From positions 5,270,001-5,334,000 of the forward strand of contig OU015566.1 of assembly GCA_907165135.1 (NCBI GenBank): 64,000 bases of DNA, read 5' to 3'. Every line of letters starts with the position of its first letter. Position 1 is the first letter of the stretch. The DNA comes from Oikopleura dioica. Taxonomy: Eukaryota > Animalia > Chordata. The notes below the pieces were generated by a model, which had not been told where the DNA came from, ran no database searches, and saw only the letters and a program-made list of their open reading frames with translations. This document shows, one piece after another, positions 35,601 to 45,438 of the stretch. Both the position numbers and the translations under genes were made by a program.

Positions 35601-38228
35601 GTGAAAACGAATTACTAACAGATAACAAATTATCGAGTCAATAAGCCACTTAGAGGATCTAAATATTTTTTATCGCCGTTTAAAAAAAATAATGATAAGC
35701 GTGTATAACAAGATGTTTTCCGTACAGTTGCCCAAGGACTTATTTTTTGCCCAACAATAAAAATGTGATTGTCAATATTTTTGACCAAAACAAAGCTTTT
35801 TTGGAATAAAGCAGGGAAAATCAGTGGGTTTTACTTTGCCCCATCTTCGAATTTGTAGTAATTTCGCCCTAATTAACCCTTCGTAAGTCACAGAACCCAG
35901 CAAATTATGTTTGAAGCCGACTTAGACCAAAAATTAAACAATTTAGGAAAAAACGAAATTTCGAATTGGCTTACCGATTTTGTCATCAGCTGCCGGCAAC
36001 TCGTTTGGCAAAATTCTCGTGGTCGTAATCTTCCTTGCCGCCAGGGTTCGGTAATTTGAGCTCACGCTAAAACTCAAGGAAACAAAGCTTGAGACTCACG
36101 TTTTTTAATTTGAGTTTTGAGAACTCAGAGATGAGAGCTCGCGTGAGAAATCAATTCTGGCGATCCATGAGCCAATCAAGGAAGCGCTCGCTTAATTTGA
36201 GTTTTGAAAACTCAAAACTCTCATATCTCCCAAAAACTCAAAACTCCCAAAACTCTCAAATCTTCTCAAAATGATTTCTCAAGTCACTTTGAGTTCTCAA
36301 TTTGAGGAAATTTGAGCGTCTAGCCAAAATGAGTTTTAGCTTGAGCTCAAATTACCGAACCCTGCTTGCCGCCGTCCAGTTGCCCTCGGTCGATTTCGAT
36401 AGCGCTTTGATGCGGTATTCATAGTCGGCCTCGGAGTTGAGCCCTTGAATCACTGCCGAGATCTGGCCAGACGGCTCGCTCGAACTTGCAGAGACGATCT
36501 TGTACTTTGGCAGACATTCGTCCTCCTTGGCCACTGGGCTCTGGCAAATTTCTGGCGTGATTAGCTTCGACTCAACGATGTAGTTTTCGATAAAGCCCAT
36601 TGGCTTAGCTGGCGGGAGGAACTTGACTTCAAAGCTAGTTCCCAGTACTTCTGTAACGACAGCGGCTTGGGGAGGGGAAGCAATGCCCGGGAGAGTCTGA
36701 GCGCGGCAGAAAATTTTTCGCCAATAAGAGCACCCTGTTTGGTTTCGAGTTTGACGCCGATATTGTAGTTTGTATCGGGTTGAAGACCGTCGATGATGAA
36801 CGCGTTGTAGGAATGATCCAAAACGATGTATTCGAAATCCGGCTTTCTCAGGCTCGTTTCTGCCATGAGATCTTCGTACTCCATGCTGCCTCCAGTGATC
36901 GAGCCACGGTCCATGCCGATTAGTTTGAATCGCTCGTCAGCTTGTTCTGTTTCCGTTTCGTAAGGAAACCAACTGATGATGAACTTGTCGATCACTTCCG
37001 GGTCAAACTGCCATCTTTTCGTAATCGACCAATAGACGTCGACTGAATTGGCGCTAGAAGGCGTGCAAGAGGCTGTGTCCTCGTTGTTTTCATCGAGCTT
37101 CAGGAAGCCGACGAGCGGCTCACAAGCGCTGGTGTTTTCGACATTTATCCAATCGCGGCCGCATTCGCACTCGTAACCGCCCGGAGAGTTGCGACACTGC
37201 GCAGTCGGATGGCAGGGCGCGGGCGAACGCTGGCACTCGTTGATGTCTCGGCAGATTGGAGGCACTTCTGAGAAAATTCCGCCTGACATGCAAATCAGAT
37301 CCCGAGAGCCCATCATTTCATATCCCTCCTCGCATTCGTATCGGAGAGTTTCTCCTTCCGCCAACGCTTGTTCGCCCGAATCGACAAAGTCGACCAAGGA
37401 ATTCGGGATGATAAAAGAGCCGTGGGGGATTTTAGGCAAGTCGTAGCAAATCGGCTCACGAGACTCGTCTGAGTCAGGTTCGCAGATGAAGCCGTTTCCA
37501 GAGTGACCAGGGGGACAATCATCGCACATGTGACCACTCAGCGGCGCTGCTTGATCGATGCAACGAACGCCAGGAAAGCAGGATGGGTTCGGGTTTTCGC
37601 AGCCGTCTTTGTCCTCCGTGCAAAACTCGCCACCCCAAGCGTCGCCGCAGATGCAACTGGCCATGTAAAAACTGTCAAAGTTCGCCTTCGTATCATAATT
37701 ACACAGTCCCCCGTTGCGACAGGCACAGTAATTCCAAGTAGGAGTAAACTCAGTGGTATGCTCTCCGTCGTCGAGGATGAAGACGACGCGGTTGAGATCG
37801 CTGAGCATTTCCAACGGCTGCGAATGCGCCGCGGAGTAGTGAAACTTGCCTGTTCTCGTCACTGTACCGGCTTTTACTTCTGGAGGAATGGAGACAGTTA
37901 CGGATTCTGGCGTTTCATCCGTCCAGTCGAGCTGGATCTCGAATTTTTCACCGAACATAACGTTTACGGCCAGAGGTCCTTTAAAAATCGGCGGCTGGTT
38001 TCCAGTTGGAGAGACATTCGACGAAATAGGTGGAGCACCAAGGCCGGGAATCGGTGGAGCTCCTGCTGGAAGGCCTCCTTGCTTTTTGAGGCCGAGGAGT
38101 TTGTTTTCATTTTCCAGGTAGGTTTTGACGCATTCCGCAGAGGCGAGGCATTTGTAGGACTCCCTTTCTTCTTTGGAAGGGATTTTTATTGCCCCGAGAA
38201 AAGGGAGCAGGGCTATCACCCAGATCAT
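11674..38228 (-). CDS. Giant single-pass mosaic adhesion/mucin-like protein (about 4,700 aa, estimated from exon lengths): signal peptide, MUC4/VWDE-type EGF cluster, Sushi, Ca-EGF, FN3, SEA, EGF, VWA x2, FN3 array, VWA, FN3 array, degenerate VWA, Thr/Pro-rich stalk, SEA-like repeats, EGF, TM, short tail
   Basis: About 20 exons join with consistent splice phases: 38228-36356, 36033-35975, 32540-32275, 32229-29503, two small exons at about 28360-28170, about 28126-25359, 25201-24921, 23773-about 23321, about 23250-23079, 19388-18201, about 17960-17883, about 17787-16658, about 16517-16202, two small exons at about 15600-14990, about 14804-12940, about 12596-12144, about 12103-11902, about 11857-11674. 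Four single-base frameshifts in short homopolymers must be assumed. TM ILIFLIILIVVLFIVILVLSYFV; tail KRTKTGIYHPSRQENRRNNS*. Confidence 0.8.
23949..24659. mobile_element. Non-autonomous hAT-type MITE (711 bp) in intron 23774-24920
   Basis: Perfect 8-bp TSD CGCTAACA (23941-23948, 24660-24667); TIR CAGGGATGGAAAT / CAGGGATAGAAAT; subterminal GGCAC pentamer arrays inverted at the two ends. Confidence 0.92.
24287..24533. repeat. 55-bp minisatellite (4 copies + partial) inside the hAT MITE
   Basis: Unit gtcaagcccttaaattaacaaatcaaggaacggggctgaaacggcccgaagggcc repeated head-to-tail with few substitutions; units end in the hairpin GGCCC-GAA-GGGCC. Confidence 0.92.
32976..34260. mobile_element. Foldback/Mutator-like non-autonomous element (1,285 bp) in intron 32541-35974
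   Basis: Perfect 9-bp TSD CGCCTTTCT (32967-32975, 34261-34269); termini GAGAGAGGCGATTTTCTGGCAGTTAGA on both ends; inverted arms of about 450-480 bp (32976-about 33452 vs about 33815-34260) with modular TTCTGGCAGTTAGA subrepeats; non-coding loop of about 360 bp. Confidence 0.93.
36042..36364. mobile_element. Non-autonomous hAT-type MITE (323 bp) inserted within a coding exon of the giant gene
   Basis: Perfect 8-bp TSD CTTGCCGC (36034-36041, 36365-36372); 34-bp TIR CAGGGTTCGGTAATTTGAGCTCA(C/A)GCTAAAACTC with 1 mismatch; interior rich in TTTGAG/CTCAAA motifs. Removing the element plus one TSD restores the reading ...EGNWTAARKITTTRILPNELPAADDKI followed by a GTAAGC donor. Confidence 0.95.
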
Positions 38229-39089
38229 TTTAGTTTCCCATTCAAAGTCTGAAAAGAAATTTTTTAATCAAAAAGAATTAAAAATTAGGAAAAAGACTTC
38301 TTTTTGCTCACAAATTTTGACAGTAAGATAGCAGAGAAGAAGTTTTGAATTCTATCAAATCTAATTATTCATAAAGAAACCTTACTTTTAAGGTCTCGTG
38401 CAGAACCGGTAGAAAAGATAAATTTTTGAATTTCATTTAACTATGTTAAAAATATTCTAGTAAGCATTTTCGATAAGGTCAAGTGTTGGTCACTTGTGGA
38501 ACCACTTTGTGGTGTTCAACAAGGCGTGAACTTTTGCGTCAGCGATTAATTCAATAAACAACTTCTTTTTCTAGCGGCGGCGCAGTTGCTTTTCTCTGAC
38601 AACAACAACCGCGAGCATTTGTTTCGTCACTCTCTGAGGATCATTAGGTGAAAGTAATTTCGTGAAATTGGTAAAAAAGAAACGTCAAAACGGGCAACTT
38701 GCTCGGAACTAGGGCAGCTTGGCCGCGGGCGGAGCCAGTCATACGCAAGAATTTATGAATCCCTCGCTGAACACCTCCTCCACCAACATAATCAGCGGCT
38801 CGCTCGGCAGGGCGCCAAAACACGCCATGACGCGTAGATTCTTTTAGAGCCTCTCGTGAGAATGAATAAGAGATAAAATGCCAAACATCGCTTAACTTTT
38901 ATTGAAATGAAAATTTTCCGAACAATCTCAATCAGGGTTAGAGTCTTGTATTTTCGAAAGAAAAACGTAGGAAAAAATATAGATGCTTGATTTATGAGTT
39001 TCGACTTTTTTTGTTCTATTCAAATTGAAAATGAAAATTTATCGGCCATTGCCAGAATAAAATAAACATAAGCATATAACAATAAAAAC

Positions 39090-39514
39090 GGGGGGTACTG
39101 AATTGTGCCGCCCTGCGCCGCCCTGCGCCGCCCGGTCCGGAACCAATCGACTATCAATCGGTCAAACCATGACCTAGGAAAGAGTTCTGAACAAGAGCGA
39201 GAGTTGGGCCCCGCCAACCCAATGAGTTCTCTACCAGAATATGCACGCGTAAGGGCCTTTGGCCCGTCGCGTGCTCAATAAATTAGTGATTTTATGCAAG
39301 ATCTGAATTTGATTGAGAAATTCGTTACTGGCACCCTAAATTAAAGGTTTTACTTATTTTAACATTTTGACTATATAAATAAGTGAGAATAACTAAGTTG
39401 ACATAAAAAGCTTAAATTGTGGCCTTTGAAAGACCAAATATCTTCAAACCCGATGAGGCTGGGCGGCACAGGGCGGCGCAAGGTGGCGCAGGGCGGCACA
39501 ATTCAGTGTCTCCC
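39090..39514. mobile_element. Non-autonomous DNA transposon (425 bp), GG-terminal, 8-bp TSD (Merlin-like by these criteria)
   Basis: TSD ATAAAAAC (39082-39089, 39515-39522); TIR GGGGGGTACTGAATTGTGCCGCCCTGCGCC vs GGGAGACACTGAATTGTGCCGCCCTGCGCC; subterminal GCCGCCCTGC repeats. Confidence 0.85.
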
Positions 39515-39748
39515 ATAAAAACCCTAATTTCGCAGGTTTTATTCTCTTCGAAGATTCGGAAGAATGGAGTCAAGGAAGAGGCTTATACTGTAACTGATAG
39601 GTTTTAAGGGACCTTGGCGAGCTGGCTGAGACGCGACTTCACGAGCGCTTCTTTCGTACAATATATACAAGCAAAATACATATCTCCTGGAAATCATGTC
39701 TTGATTTGTAGTGACAAAAAGGAAATTCAGAAGAAATTTGCAATGTTT

Positions 39749-41707
39749 TCAAACAGAAGTTACGGGACTGGTGTCTCTCCAGAAGCGAGTCAACACGGTG
39801 CTGAGAAGCAAGACAATCAGCGCCAAAATGTAAAAATACGCCATTACTCGGTCGAATACAGTCGCAGCGTATCTCCACTCTTCTTCGTACGCCGCGCCAA
39901 GGTCTCCATCCATAGTGGCTTTGTTAATGCAAGCGAGCTCTAGAATTCATTCGATGAAAAAAATTCAAACAAATCGTTCACCTTTTAGAATCTCCATCAA
40001 AAGACGTTCAGTGGGGGTTTTTACTTCGTCGACGAATTTGTTGATTTCTTCAGCTTTGGCAGTTTCTTCTTCATGGCTCTTTTCTTGTGGACGATCAGGT
40101 GGAGGGCCCAAGGTAAAAAGAATTTTTGGCAAGGAATCGATAAAAACGCATCTTATCTTGTAACGGACTTTTATACTTATTTTCGGGACGATTGATAGCT
40201 ATATAAGACAGATTGAAATAGATTCATCCGTTGCCCATTTTGCCATTCTCTTCGCTTCCTCTCCAGAAGTATGATGAAGTCGCAAGCAGAAAACGGTCGA
40301 AATAAGAGAACAAACAACAAGAACAAGAGAAGCGACGAAAAACTGACCGATCAGAGGTGTCTTGGACGGCATCGGTGGAATTTGCTGAGTCAACTGGTCC
40401 ATAAAAACGACCAAAGCAAGCATAATCGTAATATCTGAAAAATGTTTTGTGAAGCTCTTGGTTGAGCTTGGTTACTTAGGCCAATTTTTTCGCCAGCATC
40501 GGGGGGCAGGAAGAAGCCGAGAATGATCAGGATTACCGTCAAAATGCAGGGAACGACGATGGAAAGGGTGGGCAAGAGAGTGTACCGCTCGAAAACTATT
40601 TCGTAGATGATTTCTTTTGGATGGTTTTTGAAAGTCTTATTTGCATACCTAAATGATTAAAAAAAGCCAAGTTATCGCTTTTGACTTTATTTTTAAATAG
40701 TACGAACCATGCCTGGGAACTCGTCTTCGCAACAAGGATATTTCAGTTCCCTCATAATTCCATTCGTACTGAGAATATTCCATTCCGTTGAATTCGGTTT
40801 CATTGGGCCTGAATTATTTTAGAGAAGGAATTATGCGGACTCATCAGAAAATAAATGATTGCATTACTCACTAACAAGCATTTGTCCTGTCTGACCAGGA
40901 CCAGTTATATTATTCGTCGGAGTTTTGATTCGAAACGAAATATCTCTGCTTGAATACGTCCAGGGCCCGAAGGTCAAAGGACAAGCCTGAGTATCGTACG
41001 GAAAAAAGGTCATGTCGAAAACGCAGCCAGCCTCGAAATTAACTATCGTTACCCAGTGGCATGTTCCATCGTAGGCGACTGTCACTCCTGCTTGGTACTT
41101 TTTGTCGAAGTCGTCGGATAGATTGTCGATCAAAACTACATCCGGCGTCCAAATTTTATCCGGGGCGATGATCACGTGTTTGATGCCGTTGTTCAGACTT
41201 GGTCTCCAATGTAGAAAGTCGTCTCGCCAAGTAAAGTCCATTCTAAGAAAATTAATGAGCGTATAAATCCCTTTCAAAAAGTCTCATTTACATAGCAGTG
41301 AAGTACACTCGTTGCTCCCTCGCGTTGATTCCATGAAATTGCTCTAGAGTGACGTCCATTTCCATGGGCATCGGTGAATCCGTAAACGCAGTCGGAATTC
41401 TGCTCGGGTTCGCTGCTTCTGATTCATCTCTAATGTATTTGACGCACTCGTCTGGCACAAGTTCTGAATCCCAAGGATGCTCCTCGAATGCTTCAACTGC
41501 TTCATTATAATCCATGGTGCAACCTGTTTGATTCATGTCGAGAACATAGCTCCAGCCTTTCAGCAGACGATCGTAGAGGATCCCTGTGTTGAAGCGCCCA
41601 AAAACTTAATAAAAATTTATGGTGCTTGATTTCTTTCAAGATTCAGATTCTTTAAAATAGGTTCTCTTCAATTTACCAAGGCCAATAAAGGCAAAGAAAA
41701 TCCGCAT
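39749..41707 (-). CDS. Divergent nicotinic acetylcholine receptor alpha-like subunit (Cys-loop ligand-gated ion channel)
   Basis: Signal MRIFFAFIGL; IWTPD; Cys-loop CVFDMTFFPYDTQAC; FGPWTY; loop C KYPCCEDEF (vicinal Cys); M1 IVVPCILTVILIILGFFLPPDAGEKIGL; M2-M3; MX motif KW|IRCVFIDSLPKIL; M4 EEWRYAATVFDRVMAYFYILALIVLL. Two GC-AG introns (40614-40712, 40157-40234); stop TGA at 39749-39751. Confidence 0.93.
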
Positions 41708-42072
41708 TCTCGTGAACAGCCTTTTTTTAGCTGCTCAACACAATTAGTTTCTACGACCAAGAAATACCAAAATTTTACGATCACATCCAATTTTCTCACA
41801 ATTTTTCGCCTCCGGAATTTTAAAAATTGCTTTACGAGCGGAATAATTAGGGAAGAGATCAAGACTTTGCCAAAATATAATATTTTCGAGAAACGGTTGA
41901 TTTAGAAAGCGCTTGTCGGCGAGAATATCAAATATTGTCCCAGTAACATGCTCGGGGATGAAGACCCACACGCTACATTATTAAAAATTGGATGAGGCTC
42001 TAGCATAAATGTTGCAGCTAAGCGGTTTGCTGAGCATGTTCAGCGAAAAAGGAACAGAAGTGGATTATTGAG
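41708..42072. promoter_or_regulatory. Short head-to-head intergenic region between the nAChR-like and LDH-like genes (candidate bidirectional promoter)
   Basis: Divergent start codons at 41707 (-) and 42073 (+); no specific motif confidently identified. Confidence 0.35.
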
Positions 42073-43134
42073 ATGAAGAAAAAAATTGTGATTTTTCACG
42101 CGGGCCCGGCTGGACTCGCTGCGGCCCAGAGTATCATCGAGAAAGACCTAGCTTCGGAGCTGATCATTATTGACCCGAATGACGGAACCTTGCCGTCTAA
42201 AATCGCTGATTTGAAAGCTTCGTCCGATGTTCTCGGGCGCTTCATCGACATTCGCGGTTCAATCGAATTCGCTCAAATCGACGACGCTGATTTTTTCCTT
42301 CTCACTTGTCCTTTTGGTGAAGCTCCATCGAGTGATGAAGCACTTGCCGAAGTTCTCCCATTTTTGAGACAAATGGCGACGGAAATTGGCTTCAGAGCTG
42401 GACAATCTACAATTGTCGTTGCTTGCGAACCTGCAGATTTGATTACTTTTGCTCTCGCTAAGTTGACAAAAGCATGTGAGTGAAATCTCTTATTCTACTG
42501 TCGTTACAGATTGATTTTAGCGATCAAAGTTGTTGGAACCGGAACAGTCATCGAAAGTGCCCATTTCCTGCGATTGCTGAAAGGAGTAGATACCACTTTG
42601 CAAGAAGCAATGGTCATTGGAAACAAGCACTCGTCAATCAGTGAGATTTTTTTCAATATACAGATGTATGTTATTTCCTTAGTTCCCCTTTGGACATCGC
42701 TTAAACCCATTCCCGTCATCGAACACACGAAAAGCGATGCTCACAAGCGTCAAAAATTCAAGGAACTCTTGAAAACTGGCTACAGCCCTGCTCGTGTTCC
42801 AGCACCGGCGCTTGGAGTAGCGGGCGCAGAAATTATTCACGCGCTCTGCTCAGAATTCCCAAAACGGTAAGCTACAGTAAATTCTCCGACATAAAGCCAT
42901 GTCTGAAGAATGACGCTTTCAATCATGTGCAACGGGCAATTCGACATTTGCGAACAAGAAGTCGTCATGGGCCTTCCAGTTTCAGTTTCAATTGCTGGAA
43001 CTGTCATCGATGAAACTGTCGTGATCGGAGATCTGGAAAAGCAAAAACTTCTAGAGCTGGCGACAGAGTCTCAGGGAATTCAGCGACGACTGAAATTGAG
43101 AGAAGGACTGACAGGATATCTTGGTTTGTCTTGA
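42073..43134 (+). CDS. Lactate/malate dehydrogenase-fold protein with degenerate active site
   Basis: Four exons with GT-AG introns. Rossmann-like start KIVIFHAGPAGLAAAQSII..DLASELIIID, KIADLK, KVVGTGTVIESAHF (cf. RVIGSGCNLDSARF), VIGNKHSSIIPLWT (cf. LGEHGDSSVPVWS), SIMCNGQFDICEQEVVMGLPV (cf. LDH C-terminus). Confidence 0.85.
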
Positions 43135-43399
43135 AAAGACATTTTTGATGAATGAATGATTTTCTAGAGGTCGATCGATCAGAATACGTCGGCAACCCGC
43201 CTCACAGTCCAAAACTCCATCGAAAGATTCTCGCCTACGAGCCAGAAGAAGAATAAATTGCAAGTAATTCTATGTTTTTTTGTTGTTCAGAAGTTTCGAA
43301 ATAAAGCAGTTTATTAGCATTGAAATATAAAGGAAAATTTTTGTTAGTTGGAATATCAGCATCGATCTTTTTAGACCCATTTTACAGACTTCTTTCGTC

Positions 43400-45438
43400 T
43401 TATTTTCTTCTCGCCCAGAGATCCTCCTTCTTGTTTTCAACATTATCTTCATCAAACATTTTCGAAATAACAATCAATTATGACAAAGAAAACTTTCCTA
43501 AGCTGCTTGTAGTTTTGTCGCTCTGATCGGATAGTCGGCTATCTTCGTTGTCTTTCGAGTCCTGTTTCACTCAAGAAAAGTCTCAATCCAGCACTCTGCC
43601 AGCTGATTTAGCACGCAGGGCACCTTAAGGGTCTCTTATTCGAAAATTTTAACCCAAAAGGTGGCGCCAGTGCTTTTTCAATCAGCAGGAAAACGCCTCC
43701 AGGACCGTCTCCTACCCATAAATTCAGAACCTGTAAAATTAAGAACCGGACAATGAATTTATGGGTAGAAAACGCGTCCATAAATTCGGAGAAAAAAATG
43801 ACTGTAATTACCGTATCTGAAGATGATGGAGTGATTGTGGTTTCTGTGTAGCTGGAAGCGATGGATTCGATTTCAGATCGGTCTTCAGGGATTTCTTCGG
43901 GAGTTGGGGATGATTTCTGAACAAGAAATTTAGCGCTAGAATTTAAAAGAAAGAAGTTGTTTAAAAAATTAGCTGACTTTTTGTTATGCAACAGTTGTAC
44001 CTTTGGTACAGGTTTAAGGTAATCGCTGACAGTACTAAGCGGCTCTGGCGGTTTCACAACTATTCTGCGCACGGAGCTTTGCATATTCGCCGGCGGACTT
44101 GAAAGATTTCTTTCTGGACTGCTCGCTGGTAGCGGCTTTTTCTCAGGTTCTGGCGAAGTTTTCTTGTTGATGCCGATATCAGAGAGGTCAAGCTAATCAC
44201 AGGCTCCAAAAAGGCTGATAAGATAAGCAAATGTATGCAGTTACGGAAGGAGCTTATCGCCACCGCCGCCGTAAACAAAGAAATTAAGGAGCCACTCCTT
44301 CGATCTCGAACTCGTACTGGATGTTAGGCTCGTCGCGGAATTTCGTTTCGAAACACCTGCAATCGGAACGGGAGCTTCAACCGGCTGATCCAGCCCGCCG
44401 AATCCCTTTCAAATGGTTTGAATATTTGTCGACTTGGCAAGAATTTAGTTGAACTTTGTAAAATTGCTAAAGTGGTCGTTTCAACAAGTATTTATTTGCG
44501 CTACTTAAAATAATTAGCGTTTTTTCTAGAGACGAAAACGTTCAAATAAATAAAGTCCGAACTTCGAATAATCGGCAACTTTCATGGAAAACAATTTCTA
44601 TAAGGGTGTCACTAAAGTAATTTCGTGAGAAAACTATAGAAAAAATCTGTTGAAGATGTTTTCTTGATAAACTTTTTCCTCGGTAGCGAATTTGCTCAAT
44701 TAGTGCTCCAGAACACGTGTAAAACACGCTGTTTTCGACCATTTTCCTTGGTCGGGTCAATCATAAACGGACATATGAATTTCCGGCACTTGTCGAACAG
44801 GTCCCTGACGTTCAGTTGTCTCGACACTTCAAGAGCACTTAATCCATTCTCTAGCGATAGCCGCGCTCTGCCGAGGTAGATATAATCCAGCAAAACGGCC
44901 ACGCCTGATGCCGGTAAGTCGCTGTCAAAACAGGTTGAAATTAACAACACTTGCGCAAGTACGCAGAATCAAGCGTTCTCGAGAATAACTTTTCAACCGA
45001 AACTGAGGTCCACAATTTCGGAGTTGCGCGCTTTCACCTTATCAGCAATCGCGCTTGTCAGGAGGACCACAGAATGCGCGCGGAACTCACCATCCTTACA
45101 ATGTAGAGTTACGTCCGTAGCAATGTCCTGATACAGATTTTCAAGATATTTTGGAAATTTCAATTTTAAAAATTCCACCCGTTCGGTGGCGCTTTTGTGA
45201 ACTATTATAAATCTGATTGGTTAGACTTTTTTAAACAAAAAATAGAAAGAATTTTTATCAATCTGTTTTTCGCAAGTTTTTTTTTTAATTTTGAGTAACA
45301 CAAAAACAAAAATGAGATGAATAAGGCTAAATCAGTATTTTAGTCTTGAAATCGTCCCTGAGCTCTGAGAGCATGAAGACTCTTCATCACGTTCGCCGTG
45401 TGTTCTCTATCCACTGGTCCTGTTCTCTCCTTGCTCAT
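43400..45438 (-). CDS. BTB/POZ-domain protein with low-complexity Ser/Pro-rich C-terminal region (3' end approximate)
   Basis: ATG at 45438 after a tttttcag acceptor; HTANVMKSLHALRAQ|DIATDVTLHCKDGEFRAHSVVL (GG-AG intron 45128-45357) and VAVLLDYIYLGRARLSLENGLSALEVSRQLNVRDLFDKCRKFI are BTB hallmarks. Downstream exons are S/P-rich and the last exons are uncertain. Confidence 0.75.

Noticed and set aside
42073-43134. Bacterial contamination or recent HGT of the LDH-like gene
   Set aside because: It has three host-style short spliceosomal introns.
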